64,000 bases of DNA from an uncultured Alphaproteobacteria bacterium (GCA_944390265.1 CALXPK010000024.1:11183-75182), one strand, 5' to 3'; positions 1-9,804 are shown, counted from the stretch's first letter. Translations and numbers: made by a program. The notes: generated by a model not told the origin, from the letters alone.

Positions 1-1
1 G

Positions 2-154
2 GTGTCAATTTTTTCAACCTTAACCCCAATTCCGACGCTGATGTACATTTTGTTGCCTTTTTCTTTTTCCGGAATTGTCGGGCTTTTCTTCGGGCTTTAT
101 CCCGCCTACAAAGCGTCGCTGTTAAACCCGATTAATGCACTCCGCTACGAATAA
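2..154 (+). CDS. C-terminal end of an FtsX-family ABC transporter permease (MacB/LolE-like), 5'-partial
   Basis: Frame ending TAA at 152-154 translates to ...GIVGLFFGLYPAYKASLLNPINALRYE*, the characteristic FtsX C-terminal motif. Confidence 0.6.
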   Translation: MSIFSTLTPIPTLMYILLPFSFSGIVGLFFGLYPAYKASLLNPINALRYE

Positions 155-463
155 AATGGTTTCTACGGGGAACTAATACAGAAACTGCGAATAAAATTTT
201 TCGGTCATTTACTAATATGCACCAATTCCGACTAAGGCTTTGCTGCGAAAGCTGTCGCCTTCTTTCAAAGCCAAGTCTCATTGCGTCTCCTTAAAGAAAG
301 CACATTTAAGGTGCTTTCTTTGGCGGCCGTCCTCACAATTTTTTCTTGTTTCTTATTATTTCCCTCGTATAAACCATTTTCTTATTTATTATTTTCACAA
401 TTTTCCTTAAATCTTATTATCTTTCACATATAAAAAACTAACTTCAAATGGTTTCTACGGGGA
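154..463. repeat. Intergenic repeat element, copy A (conserved core 223..372) bounded by 18-bp direct repeats aaatggtttctacgggga at 154-171 and 446-463
   Basis: Core is roughly 85% identical by eye to 39446..39610; contains hairpin aagcac-N7-gtgctt followed by a T-run; flanks are copy-specific. Confidence 0.6.
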
Positions 464-521
464 TATCGCGATGCGATTTCCTTATCTCGGCGGGGCTTTG
501 CTCTTTGTTCAAAAAAAATAT

Positions 522-549
522 TTGCATTTTTCTTTATTATCTCTACAAT
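522..549 (+). promoter_or_regulatory. Candidate sigma70-type promoter (TTGCAT-N16-TACAAT) driving a structured leader or small RNA that ends at a hairpin+T7 (687-719) just upstream of the XRE gene
   Basis: Hexamer match and spacing read directly from the sequence; hairpin ccgcc...ggcgg followed by ttttttt. Confidence 0.3.
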
Positions 550-755
550 GCTCCTTGCAGGTTAGAGATAGCCTGTGGTGTCTGAAAAACATCACCATAA
601 TAAGTCCACTTTTAGGGTGGAGTATCCGATATAAGCACTTCGTGTCGAATAAGGATGACTGATATTATGGCAGTTTTTCAGCTCCACCGCCTTGAGATTC
701 TTCTCTCGGCGGTTTTTTTCAAGCTGTCATATAAACAGATAAAAGGAGTTGAAAT

Positions 756-995
756 ATGCTAAACAAAAAACAAGCTCGTCTTAATCTTAAACAGACCAAA
801 CTTACCCTTGCCGAACAAATTGTCGCGTTGAGACGCTTGCACCGTATGACTATTCTTGATTTGGCCACGCAAACAGGTGTGTCTTCCGCTTATTTGGAAA
901 AACTGGAACTCGGTCTTGCCGAGCTTCATCTCGGTAATTTGCACCAAATTGCACGGGCTTTTGATATGAAAATTGATGTCTCTTTGGAAATATAA
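756..995 (+). CDS. XRE-family helix-turn-helix transcriptional regulator (79 aa)
   Basis: RBS aaaaggag 8 nt upstream of the ATG; HTH-like segment LATQTGVSSAYLEKLELG. Confidence 0.8.
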   Translation: MLNKKQARLNLKQTKLTLAEQIVALRRLHRMTILDLATQTGVSSAYLEKLELGLAELHLGNLHQIARAFDMKIDVSLEI

Positions 996-1000
996 TCATT

Positions 1001-1036
1001 AAAAAAAAGGCTGTTTTTTGCAACAGCCTTTTTATC
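1001..1036. terminator. Bidirectional intrinsic terminator between the XRE gene (+) and trxB (-)
   Basis: aaggctgtt-ttttgc-aacagcctt stem with an A-run on the left and a T-run on the right. Confidence 0.7.
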
Positions 1037-1969
1037 TTATTTATTCAAAAACTTTTCGGCTTCCAGCGAGGCAATGCAACCTGAACCTGCGGCCACAACA
1101 GCTTGGCGGAAGTTGGGGTTTTGCACGTCGCCGGCGGCAAAAACGCCTTCAATGTTGGTTTGACAACTGTTCGGTTTGGTGATTAAATAGCCTTCCGCGT
1201 CAATATCCAAAATGCCTTTGAACAAATCGGTGTTGGGGTGGTGGCCGATGGCAATGAAGATGCCGTCAACTTTAATCTCTTTCTTTTCTCCGGTTTTGAC
1301 GTTTTTCAAAACCGCGCCGGTCACGCCTTTGGGCATTTCTCCCAAAACCTCATCAACCACGGAGTTCCACTCAACTTTGATTTTTTCATTTTTCAGAACA
1401 CGTTCCTGCATGACCTTATCGGCGCGCAGTTCATCGCGGCGGTGGATGAGGGTAACAGATTTGGCAATGTTTGACAGATACAGAGCTTCTTCAGCAGCCG
1501 TATTGCCGCCGCCAACCACAGCTACATCGCGGCCGCGATAGAAAAAGCCGTCGCAGGTGGCGCAACCTGATACACCAAAGCCCAAAAACTTCTTTTCACT
1601 TTCCAAACCCAACCAGCGGGCAGAGGCGCCGGTGGCAATGATGACCGTGTCTGCCACAAAAGTGTTGCCGTTTTCTGAGCTGCAAACAAACGGGCGGGTG
1701 CTGAAATCTACATGGCGGATGAGGTCAGAAACTAAAGTGACGCCCACATTTTGAGCTTGTTGCTTCATGCGTTGCATCAGCTCCAAACCGCCGATGGGTT
1801 CCGGAAAACCGGGGAAATTTTCAATTTCGGTGGTGATGGTTAACTGTCCGCCTTCCTGATTGCCAGATACCAAAATCGGGTTCAAACCCGAGCGGGCGGC
1901 ATAGATGCCCGCGGTATAGCCGGCCGGACCCGAGCCGATGATTAACATTTTGGTCTTATATTCGGTCAT
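1037..1969 (-). CDS. trxB: Thioredoxin-disulfide reductase
   Basis: 310 aa; GSGPAGYTAGIYAARSGL FAD motif, redox-active CATCDG, NAD(P)H GGGNTAAEEA motif. Confidence 0.95.
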   Translation of the reverse strand: MTEYKTKMLIIGSGPAGYTAGIYAARSGLNPILVSGNQEGGQLTITTEIENFPGFPEPIGGLELMQRMKQQAQNVGVTLVSDLIRHVDFSTRPFVCSSENGNTFVADTVIIATGASARWLGLESEKKFLGFGVSGCATCDGFFYRGRDVAVVGGGNTAAEEALYLSNIAKSVTLIHRRDELRADKVMQERVLKNEKIKVEWNSVVDEVLGEMPKGVTGAVLKNVKTGEKKEIKVDGIFIAIGHHPNTDLFKGILDIDAEGYLITKPNSCQTNIEGVFAAGDVQNPNFRQAVVAAGSGCIASLEAEKFLNK

Positions 1970-2052
1970 GTTTTTTCTCCAAAAATTTATCTTTGCGCCT
2001 AAAGTAGTGTTTTAATTTTGCTTTTGCAAGTGTTATGTCTGAGTTATAAAAA

Positions 2053-2088
2053 TAAAAAAAAGCTGCCTTGAAAGACAGCTTTTTTATC
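2053..2088. terminator. Intrinsic terminator downstream of greA, bidirectional A/T flanks
   Basis: agctgcc-ttgaaag-acagct hairpin flanked by A8 and T6. Confidence 0.6.
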
Positions 2089-2103
2089 TTTAGGTTTTGC
2101 TGA

Positions 2104-2577
2104 CTAAATATAATCAATTTCCAAAATTTCAAAAGATTTTTTGCCGCCGGGAGCCATATATTCGGCCACGTCACCGACTTCTTTGCCAATCAAGGCTTTG
2201 GCTAAAGGTGAAGACAGGGAGATTTTGTTTCTATCAATATCTGCTTCATAATCGCCAACGATTTGATATTTCTTTTCAGCATCGGTATCTTCATCGGCAA
2301 CCAAAACGGTGGCGCCAAAACGGACAACGTCACATTTGCTTTCTTTGGGGTCAATCACTTGTGCACGGCTGATGACAGCTTCCAAATCTTGGATGCGACC
2401 TTCAATAAAACTTTGTTTTTCTTTGGCGGCAGAATATTCGGCATTCTCTGACAAGTCACCATGTGAGCGAGCCTCGGCAATGGCGGCGATGATGTTCGGG
2501 CGGTCAACGGCTTTTAAGTGTTTTAATTCTGCTTCAAGCTCAATATAGCCCTGTTTGGTCAAAGGAAACTTTTCCAT
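2104..2577 (-). CDS. greA: Transcription elongation factor GreA
   Basis: 157 aa, typical GreA length; N-terminus MEKFPLTKQGYIELEAELKHLK. Confidence 0.95.
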   Translation of the reverse strand: MEKFPLTKQGYIELEAELKHLKAVDRPNIIAAIAEARSHGDLSENAEYSAAKEKQSFIEGRIQDLEAVISRAQVIDPKESKCDVVRFGATVLVADEDTDAEKKYQIVGDYEADIDRNKISLSSPLAKALIGKEVGDVAEYMAPGGKKSFEILEIDYI

Positions 2578-2625
2578 TTTCTCACCTCAACTAAAAATTA
2601 CGGATTGTGTATAAAATAAAAATTA

Positions 2626-2664
2626 AACTGCGACAGAGGCTCCGTCACAGCTTAATTTTTGTTT
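2626..2664 (-). promoter_or_regulatory. Intrinsic-terminator-like hairpin within the greA 5' leader (minus-strand sense); GraL-like leader attenuator
   Basis: Minus-strand reading gctgtgacggag-cc-tctgtcgcag (11-bp stem with 2 GU pairs) followed by tttaatttttatttta, 50-90 nt upstream of the greA start. Confidence 0.4.
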
Positions 2665-2811
2665 GTCTGCCTATCTATATAGCATCAATCTTTAAAGAAT
2701 GCAAGCGTTTTTCAATTTTGTTTGTTTTTCTGGGAAAAACTATAATTTGTACTATACAAAACTTTAGGCTATGCTATTTTATAAACGTTATTTTATATAC
2801 GGAGGTTTTTT

Positions 2812-3267
2812 ATGAAAAAAGTTGTTTTAGCATGCGCTGCCGCCGGAATGATGGCTTTGGCTTCCAATGCTCAGGCCATTGACAGTACCGGTTGCGGTTT
2901 GGGTTCTATGGCTTGGCGTGGTCAAAGCGGAATCGCTCCGCAGGTTTTGGCCGTTACCACCAACAATATTTTCTTTACCCAAACTTTCGGTATCACTTTC
3001 GGTACTTCAGGTTGCGACCCGAACGGTCGTGTGACCGGCGGTACCGGCAGAATGGTTTTGGCTTTTATGGAAAATAATATGGAGCAATATGCGCTTGATG
3101 CGGCGGCCGGTCGCGGTGAAACCATTGATACTTTGGCCGGTATCTTGAACATGGACAGCGCAAAACTCGGTGAAATCTCCAAACAAAATTTTGCTTATAT
3201 GTTTGAAGATGAAAATGTTGATGCCGTTAATGTTACTTTGAAATTGATGGAAGTGACCAAGGCTTAA
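2812..3267 (+). CDS. Secreted protein with signal peptide, tentatively DUF3015-like
   Basis: MKKVVLACAAAGMMALASNAQA signal peptide; RBS ggagg before the ATG; strong terminator follows. Confidence 0.6.
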   Translation: MKKVVLACAAAGMMALASNAQAIDSTGCGLGSMAWRGQSGIAPQVLAVTTNNIFFTQTFGITFGTSGCDPNGRVTGGTGRMVLAFMENNMEQYALDAAAGRGETIDTLAGILNMDSAKLGEISKQNFAYMFEDENVDAVNVTLKLMEVTKA

Positions 3268-3283
3268 GACTTTGTTTGTCCCG

Positions 3284-3325
3284 AAAAGCGGTTCGGAATT
3301 ATCTTTTTCGAGCCGCTTTTTGTTT
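3284..3325 (+). terminator. Intrinsic terminator
   Basis: aaaagcggttcg...cgagccgctttt stem followed by tgttt. Confidence 0.7.
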
Positions 3326-3330
3326 AGGAG

Positions 3331-5145
3331 TTGATGCGGTTGAAAAAAATTGTCTGTTTTGGGTTGTTGCTTATGTCGGCAACGCCGGCTTATGCCGGAT
3401 TTGAAAGCTCGCCCGAGTGGCTGGCCGTGGTGCATTATCAGGAAGAAAACGGGGAATATGTCAGCACGATTGACTCCGAGCCTTTTTTCTTATCAAAGGA
3501 AGGTAAAACCAATCCGCAAGCCGAATTGCAAGCCACGATTAATTTGTTTGAAAATACCGAGGATACCGAAAAGAAATGCCTCTTTCCGGCACGTTATAAG
3601 CTTTTGCAAAAAAACGGGCTCGTTTCCAAACCTTATCCTAAATGCAAAGATTTAGAGCAATTTTATGATGATTTGCGCCCCGCCGGCGTAACACTTCTGT
3701 TTACCGATGCTTATATGAACAATCCGTCCTCACTTTTCGGGCATACGTTGCTTAGAATCGATACCGCACGCAAGGGAACGCAACTTCTGGCGCATGGTGC
3801 CAACTACGGTGCCTTCACGGCGGGACAAGAAAACAGCGTGCTGTTTGCGATTTGGGGTTTGACCGGCGGTTATTACGGCGGGGTTACCGTTAAGCCTTAT
3901 TATGACATCATCCATATCTATAACAACATTGAAAACCGCGATATTTGGGAATTTAACCTTGATTTTACGCCGCAAGAACTGGACTTTTTGGTGGCGCATT
4001 TGTGGGAAGTGGGGCACTCTCAAACCAGATATTATTTCTTTACGCAGAATTGCTCTTATATGCTGATGGAAGTGCTGGATGCGGTGCGCCCATCAATGCA
4101 ACTCTCTCAGCAGTTTCCGGTACAGACCATTCCGCTTGATACCATTAAAGCGGTGTTGCAACGTCAAGGTTTGGTCAAAGATATTCATTATCGTCCCTCT
4201 AGGCAAGCCAAAATCAGGTATCGTTACAAGATGATGAATGACAAGCAAAAAGAGCAATATTTGGAAATCATTCACGAGCAAGAATATGATTTAACCGATT
4301 TATCCGAGCCGGAAAAAGCCGATGTGTTGGAAACGGCTTACCAGTTTGTGCAATATCAATATGTGGCCAAAAATTTGGAGCTTGCCGATTATCGCAAGCA
4401 AAGTTTCAAGCTCCTGATGGCGCGCAACAAAGTGACAGAGCAGGGAAGTATTGCCGAGCTCGACAAGGGTAAAGAGCCATATCTTACCCATGATTCCATG
4501 CGCTCGGAAATCGGCACCGGTTTTAGAAACGGGGAGGCTTTTCAGGAAATATCCTACCGGCCGGCTTATCATTCTTTGACCGATGATAACTATGGTTTTT
4601 TGCGCGGGGCAGAAATTAATTTCCTCAACACAACTTTGCGCCACTATGACGAACAAAACAAAACCGTGTTGCAGAAGTTTGATATTGTCGGCATCAAATC
4701 CATCTCGCCGATGGATGCGATGTTTCGACCTTTTTCGTATGAAATCAGATGGGATGTGGCGCGCGAATATAATCCCGATACACAAGATGAGGGCTATGTG
4801 ACCAACCTCAAGGTTGGAACCGGCGTTAGCTATGCTTTGACTGATGAGGTTTGGACTTATGCGCAGCTCAACAGCTATGTGGCATATGGCGGATTTTTGC
4901 CGGATAATGCTTATCTCGGTATGGGCGGAGCGGTCGGTGTGTTTGCCGATTTTGATAAATGGCGCTTGTTTACCGAAGCCGAGCAAGTCTATGCCACCGA
5001 CAAATTCGGCGAAAAGACCAAGCTCAATGTTGAAGGGGCCTATACACTCAATCGAAACAATGCTTTGGCCTTGCGTTATGTCAAAGAATGGCGCAGCGGC
5101 AAGGATATGGAAGAGAGTTTGCTCTCTTGGCGGCATTATTTTTAG
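3331..5145 (+). CDS. Exported DUF4105 (Lnb-like N-terminal domain) family protein with a C-terminal beta-rich region
   Basis: Signal peptide ...MSATPAYAGF; LLFTDAYMNNPSSLFGHTLLRID motif typical of DUF4105; 604 aa. Confidence 0.7.
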   Translation: MMRLKKIVCFGLLLMSATPAYAGFESSPEWLAVVHYQEENGEYVSTIDSEPFFLSKEGKTNPQAELQATINLFENTEDTEKKCLFPARYKLLQKNGLVSKPYPKCKDLEQFYDDLRPAGVTLLFTDAYMNNPSSLFGHTLLRIDTARKGTQLLAHGANYGAFTAGQENSVLFAIWGLTGGYYGGVTVKPYYDIIHIYNNIENRDIWEFNLDFTPQELDFLVAHLWEVGHSQTRYYFFTQNCSYMLMEVLDAVRPSMQLSQQFPVQTIPLDTIKAVLQRQGLVKDIHYRPSRQAKIRYRYKMMNDKQKEQYLEIIHEQEYDLTDLSEPEKADVLETAYQFVQYQYVAKNLELADYRKQSFKLLMARNKVTEQGSIAELDKGKEPYLTHDSMRSEIGTGFRNGEAFQEISYRPAYHSLTDDNYGFLRGAEINFLNTTLRHYDEQNKTVLQKFDIVGIKSISPMDAMFRPFSYEIRWDVAREYNPDTQDEGYVTNLKVGTGVSYALTDEVWTYAQLNSYVAYGGFLPDNAYLGMGGAVGVFADFDKWRLFTEAEQVYATDKFGEKTKLNVEGAYTLNRNNALALRYVKEWRSGKDMEESLLSWRHYF

Positions 5146-5217
5146 ATAATTTGCCTTGCAATTTTGCGCCCATGTGTTTATTCTCAAAACAATTGTTTTA
5201 CCTTAAGGAGAAAAAAG

Positions 5218-5670
5218 ATGTTAAGAGATGATTTGCAAAACACTTTGAAAGAATCGATGAAAAATCGCGATATGACCACCGTGTCTGCCGTGCGTTTGAT
5301 TATTGCCGCCATGAAAGAAAAAGATGTTGATGCACGTGGCCGCGGTCAAGAAAAAGCGACCGATGCCGAACTCTTATCCATGATGCAAGGCATGATTAAA
5401 CAACGCAAAGATTCCATCAAAATGTATTTGGACGGCAATCGTCAGGATTTGGCAGATAAAGAACAATCCGAAATTGACATTATTGAAAAATTCTTGCCCA
5501 AACAATTAAGCGGTGCCGAAATGGAAAATGCCATTAAAGCCGTGATTGCCGAAACAGGAGCTCAATCGATGAAAGATATGGGCAAAGTTATGGGTGCTTT
5601 GAAAGCAAAATATGCCGGTCAAATGGATATGGGTGCCGCCAACGGTGTGATTAAAAATTTGCTTGGCTAA
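5218..5670 (+). CDS. yqeY: GatB/YqeY domain protein
   Basis: RBS aaggag 7 nt upstream; 150 aa; lies upstream of dnaG-rpoD. Confidence 0.85.
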   Translation: MLRDDLQNTLKESMKNRDMTTVSAVRLIIAAMKEKDVDARGRGQEKATDAELLSMMQGMIKQRKDSIKMYLDGNRQDLADKEQSEIDIIEKFLPKQLSGAEMENAIKAVIAETGAQSMKDMGKVMGALKAKYAGQMDMGAANGVIKNLLG

Positions 5671-5692
5671 TTGATTAAGTTTTCTATAATAA

Positions 5693-7564
5693 ATGGCTGA
5701 TTTACAAAAGTTTTGCGATGAATTGCGCGCGAAGGTGTCGATTGTTGATGTGGTCGGCGCCAAGGTTAAACTCGTGCGCAAAGGGCGTGAATATCAGGCT
5801 TGTTGTCCGTTTCATAATGAAAAGACACCGTCTTTTACCGTGAATGAAAGCAAAGGTTTTTACCATTGCTTTGGGTGCGGTGCGCATGGTGATATCATCA
5901 AATTTGAGATGGAAGCCAATAATCTGTCATTTATGGAAGCCTTGGAAAAACTGGCGGATAAAGCCGGTTTGCAAGTGCCGCGGGATTCTTATGCCAAGCC
6001 GGAAGAGGTGGAACGCCGTAACTCGCTCTATGATATTATGGAGCTGGCTTGCAAGTTTTTTGAAAAATCATTGCGGATGCCGGAAGGAGCACGGGCGCTG
6101 GATTATTTATCTTACCGTGGTTTCGGTGATGATATCATCCAAAAATTTCGCTTAGGTTACGCGCCGAACAATAATGGGCTGAAGACTTATCTTTCCTCTA
6201 AAGGGGTGAAAGAAAATGAGATGCACGAGCTTGGGCTTTTGACCATCCCCGAAGATAAAACCCGTCGTCCGCATGACTTTTTCCGCGATCGTGTGATGAT
6301 TCCGATTATGGATAAACGCGGCAAGGTGATTGCCTTTGGCGGGCGTATTATGGGTGACGGCCAGCCCAAGTATCTGAACTCGCCGGAAACACCGGTTTTT
6401 AACAAACGTCGCGTGCTTTATAACCTTAACAATGCCAAAGATGCCGGATATCAGGAGAAAAAACTCATCATCTGCGAGGGGTATATGGATGTTATCGGCA
6501 TGGATAAATACGGCATTCATTATGCCGTGGCGCCCCTCGGAACGGCTTTGACCGAAGACCAAATTCAAGAGGCTTGGCGGGTGGTGGATGTGCCGACCTG
6601 TTGCTTTGACGGCGATTTGGCGGGGCGACGTGCCGCGGTGCGTTCGGTGGACCGCGTGTTGCCGATTTTGAAAGCCGGAAATTCCCTGCAATATGTTTTT
6701 TTGACCGGCGCCAAAGACCCTGATGAATTTTTGAAAACACTCGGCAGAGAGGCTTTTGATAAGGCTATATCTGAAGTTGTTCCGCTTAAAGATTTGATTT
6801 GGCAAAAAAACATCGAAGGAAGAGACGTTTCGACGCCGGAACAAAAAGCCTTGATTGAAAAAAATATCAAGGAAGAAGTGGCCAAAATCAGCGACGAAAC
6901 GGTGCGCAATTATTATATTCAAGAAATGCAAGATAAAATCTACAACGAGCTCGGCAAGGGAGCCAGCTGGCGCAAGCGTCAACAGGCGGTGCAGAGCGGG
7001 GCGCCGACTTATACCAAAGAGTTTGGGCGCAATTATCTGCAAAAATCTCGTTATGCGGCTAAAAATGACAGTGTTTCCGTGCGTCAGGCTCAGCTCGCCA
7101 CACCCAAAGTGCATTTGGACGAGCTGGTGGCAAAATATGTGGTTTCGGCTTTGGTTTTGTATCCGAATCTTGTGGACGAATATGAGGAAAAAATATCTAA
7201 TTTCAATATAAAAAATCCGCAACTTAATGCCTTACTTGAAAATATTATCTCCCTTAATGAGGATGAAAAAGTTGAGGATTTTGCCGCTATGTATGACAAA
7301 CTCAAACAGCGTGGTTTGCAAAAAGATGTTGATACGCTGTTGGAGTTTAAAATGCTTAAATTGCAGAACCCTAACGATGCTCGTATGCGCGAGAATTTGG
7401 ATTTGCGGATTTTGGAATCTCAGCTCAAACAGCTTGATGCCGAAATTAAGGAATGTTTGCGGGTGATGGAAACTTCCGACTCGCTTTCCGACGAGGTCTA
7501 TAAACGCTACGAGTCGCTCAAAAAAGAAAAAGAAAATTTGCTCGCGGCACAAGAATTTGATTGA
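5693..7564 (+). CDS. dnaG: DNA primase
   Basis: Zinc ribbon CCPFHNEKTPSFTVNESKGFYHCFGCGAHG; TOPRIM segment LIICEGYMDVIGM; 623 aa. Confidence 0.95.
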   Translation: MADLQKFCDELRAKVSIVDVVGAKVKLVRKGREYQACCPFHNEKTPSFTVNESKGFYHCFGCGAHGDIIKFEMEANNLSFMEALEKLADKAGLQVPRDSYAKPEEVERRNSLYDIMELACKFFEKSLRMPEGARALDYLSYRGFGDDIIQKFRLGYAPNNNGLKTYLSSKGVKENEMHELGLLTIPEDKTRRPHDFFRDRVMIPIMDKRGKVIAFGGRIMGDGQPKYLNSPETPVFNKRRVLYNLNNAKDAGYQEKKLIICEGYMDVIGMDKYGIHYAVAPLGTALTEDQIQEAWRVVDVPTCCFDGDLAGRRAAVRSVDRVLPILKAGNSLQYVFLTGAKDPDEFLKTLGREAFDKAISEVVPLKDLIWQKNIEGRDVSTPEQKALIEKNIKEEVAKISDETVRNYYIQEMQDKIYNELGKGASWRKRQQAVQSGAPTYTKEFGRNYLQKSRYAAKNDSVSVRQAQLATPKVHLDELVAKYVVSALVLYPNLVDEYEEKISNFNIKNPQLNALLENIISLNEDEKVEDFAAMYDKLKQRGLQKDVDTLLEFKMLKLQNPNDARMRENLDLRILESQLKQLDAEIKECLRVMETSDSLSDEVYKRYESLKKEKENLLAAQEFD

Positions 7565-7701
7565 TATATTATTTTAAGTATAAAATTTGTCTTTTTTTGT
7601 TCTTTTTTTTCTTTCTTACCCTTGACAAATCGGTCAGAAATCTATAGATAGTTCTACAGCTAGCAATTTTATGAATTAAAATCGATTTTAGAGGAATATT
7701 C

Positions 7702-9771
7702 ATGTCAGATATAGATAGTCCGGACCTGTATGAAGGTACTGCCAATGACACACCTTTGATTGATAATCTCGGCAGTGCCGTCAAACGCCTGATTGATAAA
7801 GGTCGCGTCAGAGGCTTTATTACGGTTGAAGAACTGAACAGAGCTTTGCCTCCCGAAAAAGAGTCTTCCGAAAATATTGAAGATATTATGACCAGTATCT
7901 CCGATATGGGAATCAGCATTATCAACGAGTCGGATGCTGATGACTTCAATGGTGAAGAAGAGGAAGATGTTGAAGATTTTGACGATGAGGATGACAGCGG
8001 CAATTTTGATGAAAGAGAACTCGGCCGCAGTGATGATCCGGTCAGAATGTATCTGAAAGAAATGGGCACGGTTGAGCTTTTGTCCCGCGAAGGTGAAATT
8101 GCCATTGCCAAACGTATTGAAGCCGGCAAAACCGTGATGATTGACGGTTTGTGCTAAAGCCCGTTGACCCTGAAAGCCATTGCCGGTTGGCGCGATGATT
8201 TGGTTGAAGGCCGTATGCAACTTCGAGATATCGTCGATTTGGAAATGATGTACGGTGATGATGCCGATGCTCTGGCTTTTGAAGAAGATGTGGCTTCTGC
8301 CGCGGATGACGACTTTGAAAAAGTGGCCGAGGAAATTGAAGAAAAAGACAGCCTCGATGATATTGACGATGATTTGACCGACGATATTGAGCTCGAAGAT
8401 GCCGAAGATGATGTCGATGAAGCTGAAGATGATGCCGATGCCGACGGGCAAGGTGATGCTTCCGGCGACGGCGATGATGATGAAAACGGATCCGGTCGAA
8501 TTTCGGCTTCGGTTTCTTCTATGGAAGAGGCTTTGATGGAGCCGGTGTTGGAAATTTTGAACAAAATCTCCAGCTATTATGATGATTTGAAAAAAATTCA
8601 AAGCCAACGCGTGGCCGCCATTATTGCCGGTAAAAACGTTGCGCCTTCGGTTGAGAAAAAATATGTTCAGGTGAAAAAAGAGCTCGTGGAGTTGATGAGC
8701 TCAATTCACCTCAATGCCGTGCGCGTGGAGCAATTGGTGGAGCAACTTAACGAAATTAACCGCCGCTTGATGGGCTTGGAAGGCAAACTCTTGCGTTATG
8801 CTCTTTCTTGCAAAATTAAACGTGAAGATTTCTTGGCTGCATACCAAAAGTCGGAACTTGATCCGAACTGGCTTGAGAAAATTTCTAAGAAAACCGACAA
8901 ACACTGGAAAAACTTTGTCGAGAAATATGGTACGGAAATTAAAGAATTGCGCGAAAATATTGCGCAAATGGCCACTGAATGCGGTTTGCCCATCAGCGAA
9001 TATCGTCGCATGGTAGACACCATTAAAAAAGGTGAACGTGAGGCCGAGCGTGCTAAAAAAGAGATGATTGAAGCCAACTTGCGTTTGGTTATCTCCATTG
9101 CCAAGAAATATACCAACCGCGGTCTGCAGTTCTTGGATTTGATTCAGGAAGGTAACATCGGTTTGATGAAGGCCGTCGATAAGTTTGAATATCGCCGTGG
9201 TTATAAGTTTTCTACCTACGCCACATGGTGGATCAGACAAGCTATTACCCGTTCGATTGCCGATCAGGCACGCACCATTCGTATTCCGGTTCATATGATT
9301 GAAACGATTAATAAATTGGTTCGCACATCACGCCAAATGTTGGCCGAAATGGGCCGTGAGCCGGTGCCTGAGGAATTGGCCAAACGCTTGTCCATGCCGC
9401 TTGAAAAAGTGCGTAAGGTTATGAAAATTGCCAAAGAGCCGGTTTCTTTGGAAGCTCCGGTCGGTGATGAAGAAGATTCTTCTTTGGGCGATTTCATTGC
9501 TGATGAAAGCGCTTTGCAGCCGTTGGATTCTGCCATCCATTCCAACTTGAAAGAAACCTGCACCCGCATTTTGTCCTCGTTGACACCGCGTGAAGAGCGC
9601 GTGTTGCGTATGCGTTTCGGTATCGGTATGAACACCGACCATACTTTGGAAGAAGTTGGTCAGCAGTTCAACGTGACGCGTGAAAGTATTCGTCAGATTG
9701 AGGCCAAGGCCTTGCGTAAGCTCAAACACCCGAGCCGGTCACGTAAGCTGCGTTCTTTCTTGGATAACTAA
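7702..9771 (+). CDS. rpoD: RNA polymerase sigma-70 RpoD; single reading frame interrupted by an in-frame TAA at 8155-8157 (codon 152)
   Basis: Region 1.1 acidic N-terminus and the IAKRIEAG...DGLC segment, then TAA, then the same frame continues [15 protein letters not shown]... through the acidic insert and regions 2-4 ([30 protein letters not shown]). Confidence 0.85.
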
Positions 9772-9775
9772 AGCA

Positions 9776-9804
9776 AAAACCCTCCCAAACGGAGGGTTTT
9801 TTTA
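9776..9804 (+). terminator. rpoD intrinsic terminator
   Basis: ccctcc-caaac-ggaggg followed by T7. Confidence 0.7.

Noticed and set aside
471-662. 63-aa ORF overlapping the intergenic repeat element and leader
   Set aside because: It overlaps a promoter-like element and a hairpin region and has no RBS; the transcript is more likely non-coding
4300-5187. 295-aa minus-strand ORF (and similar long antisense ORFs at 6152..7222, 7705..8607, 13736..14953, 34470..35564, 50254..51057, 57745..58635, 61129..61932)
   Set aside because: These are shadow ORFs lying fully inside well-supported plus-strand genes; they have low-complexity or biased composition, no RBS and no recognisable domains
8164-9771. 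Treating the downstream part of rpoD as a separate N-terminally truncated sigma gene with a TTG start
   Set aside because: It is in the same frame as 7702..8157 with continuous sigma-70 region 1.2 sequence across the TAA, and there is no RBS before the TTG
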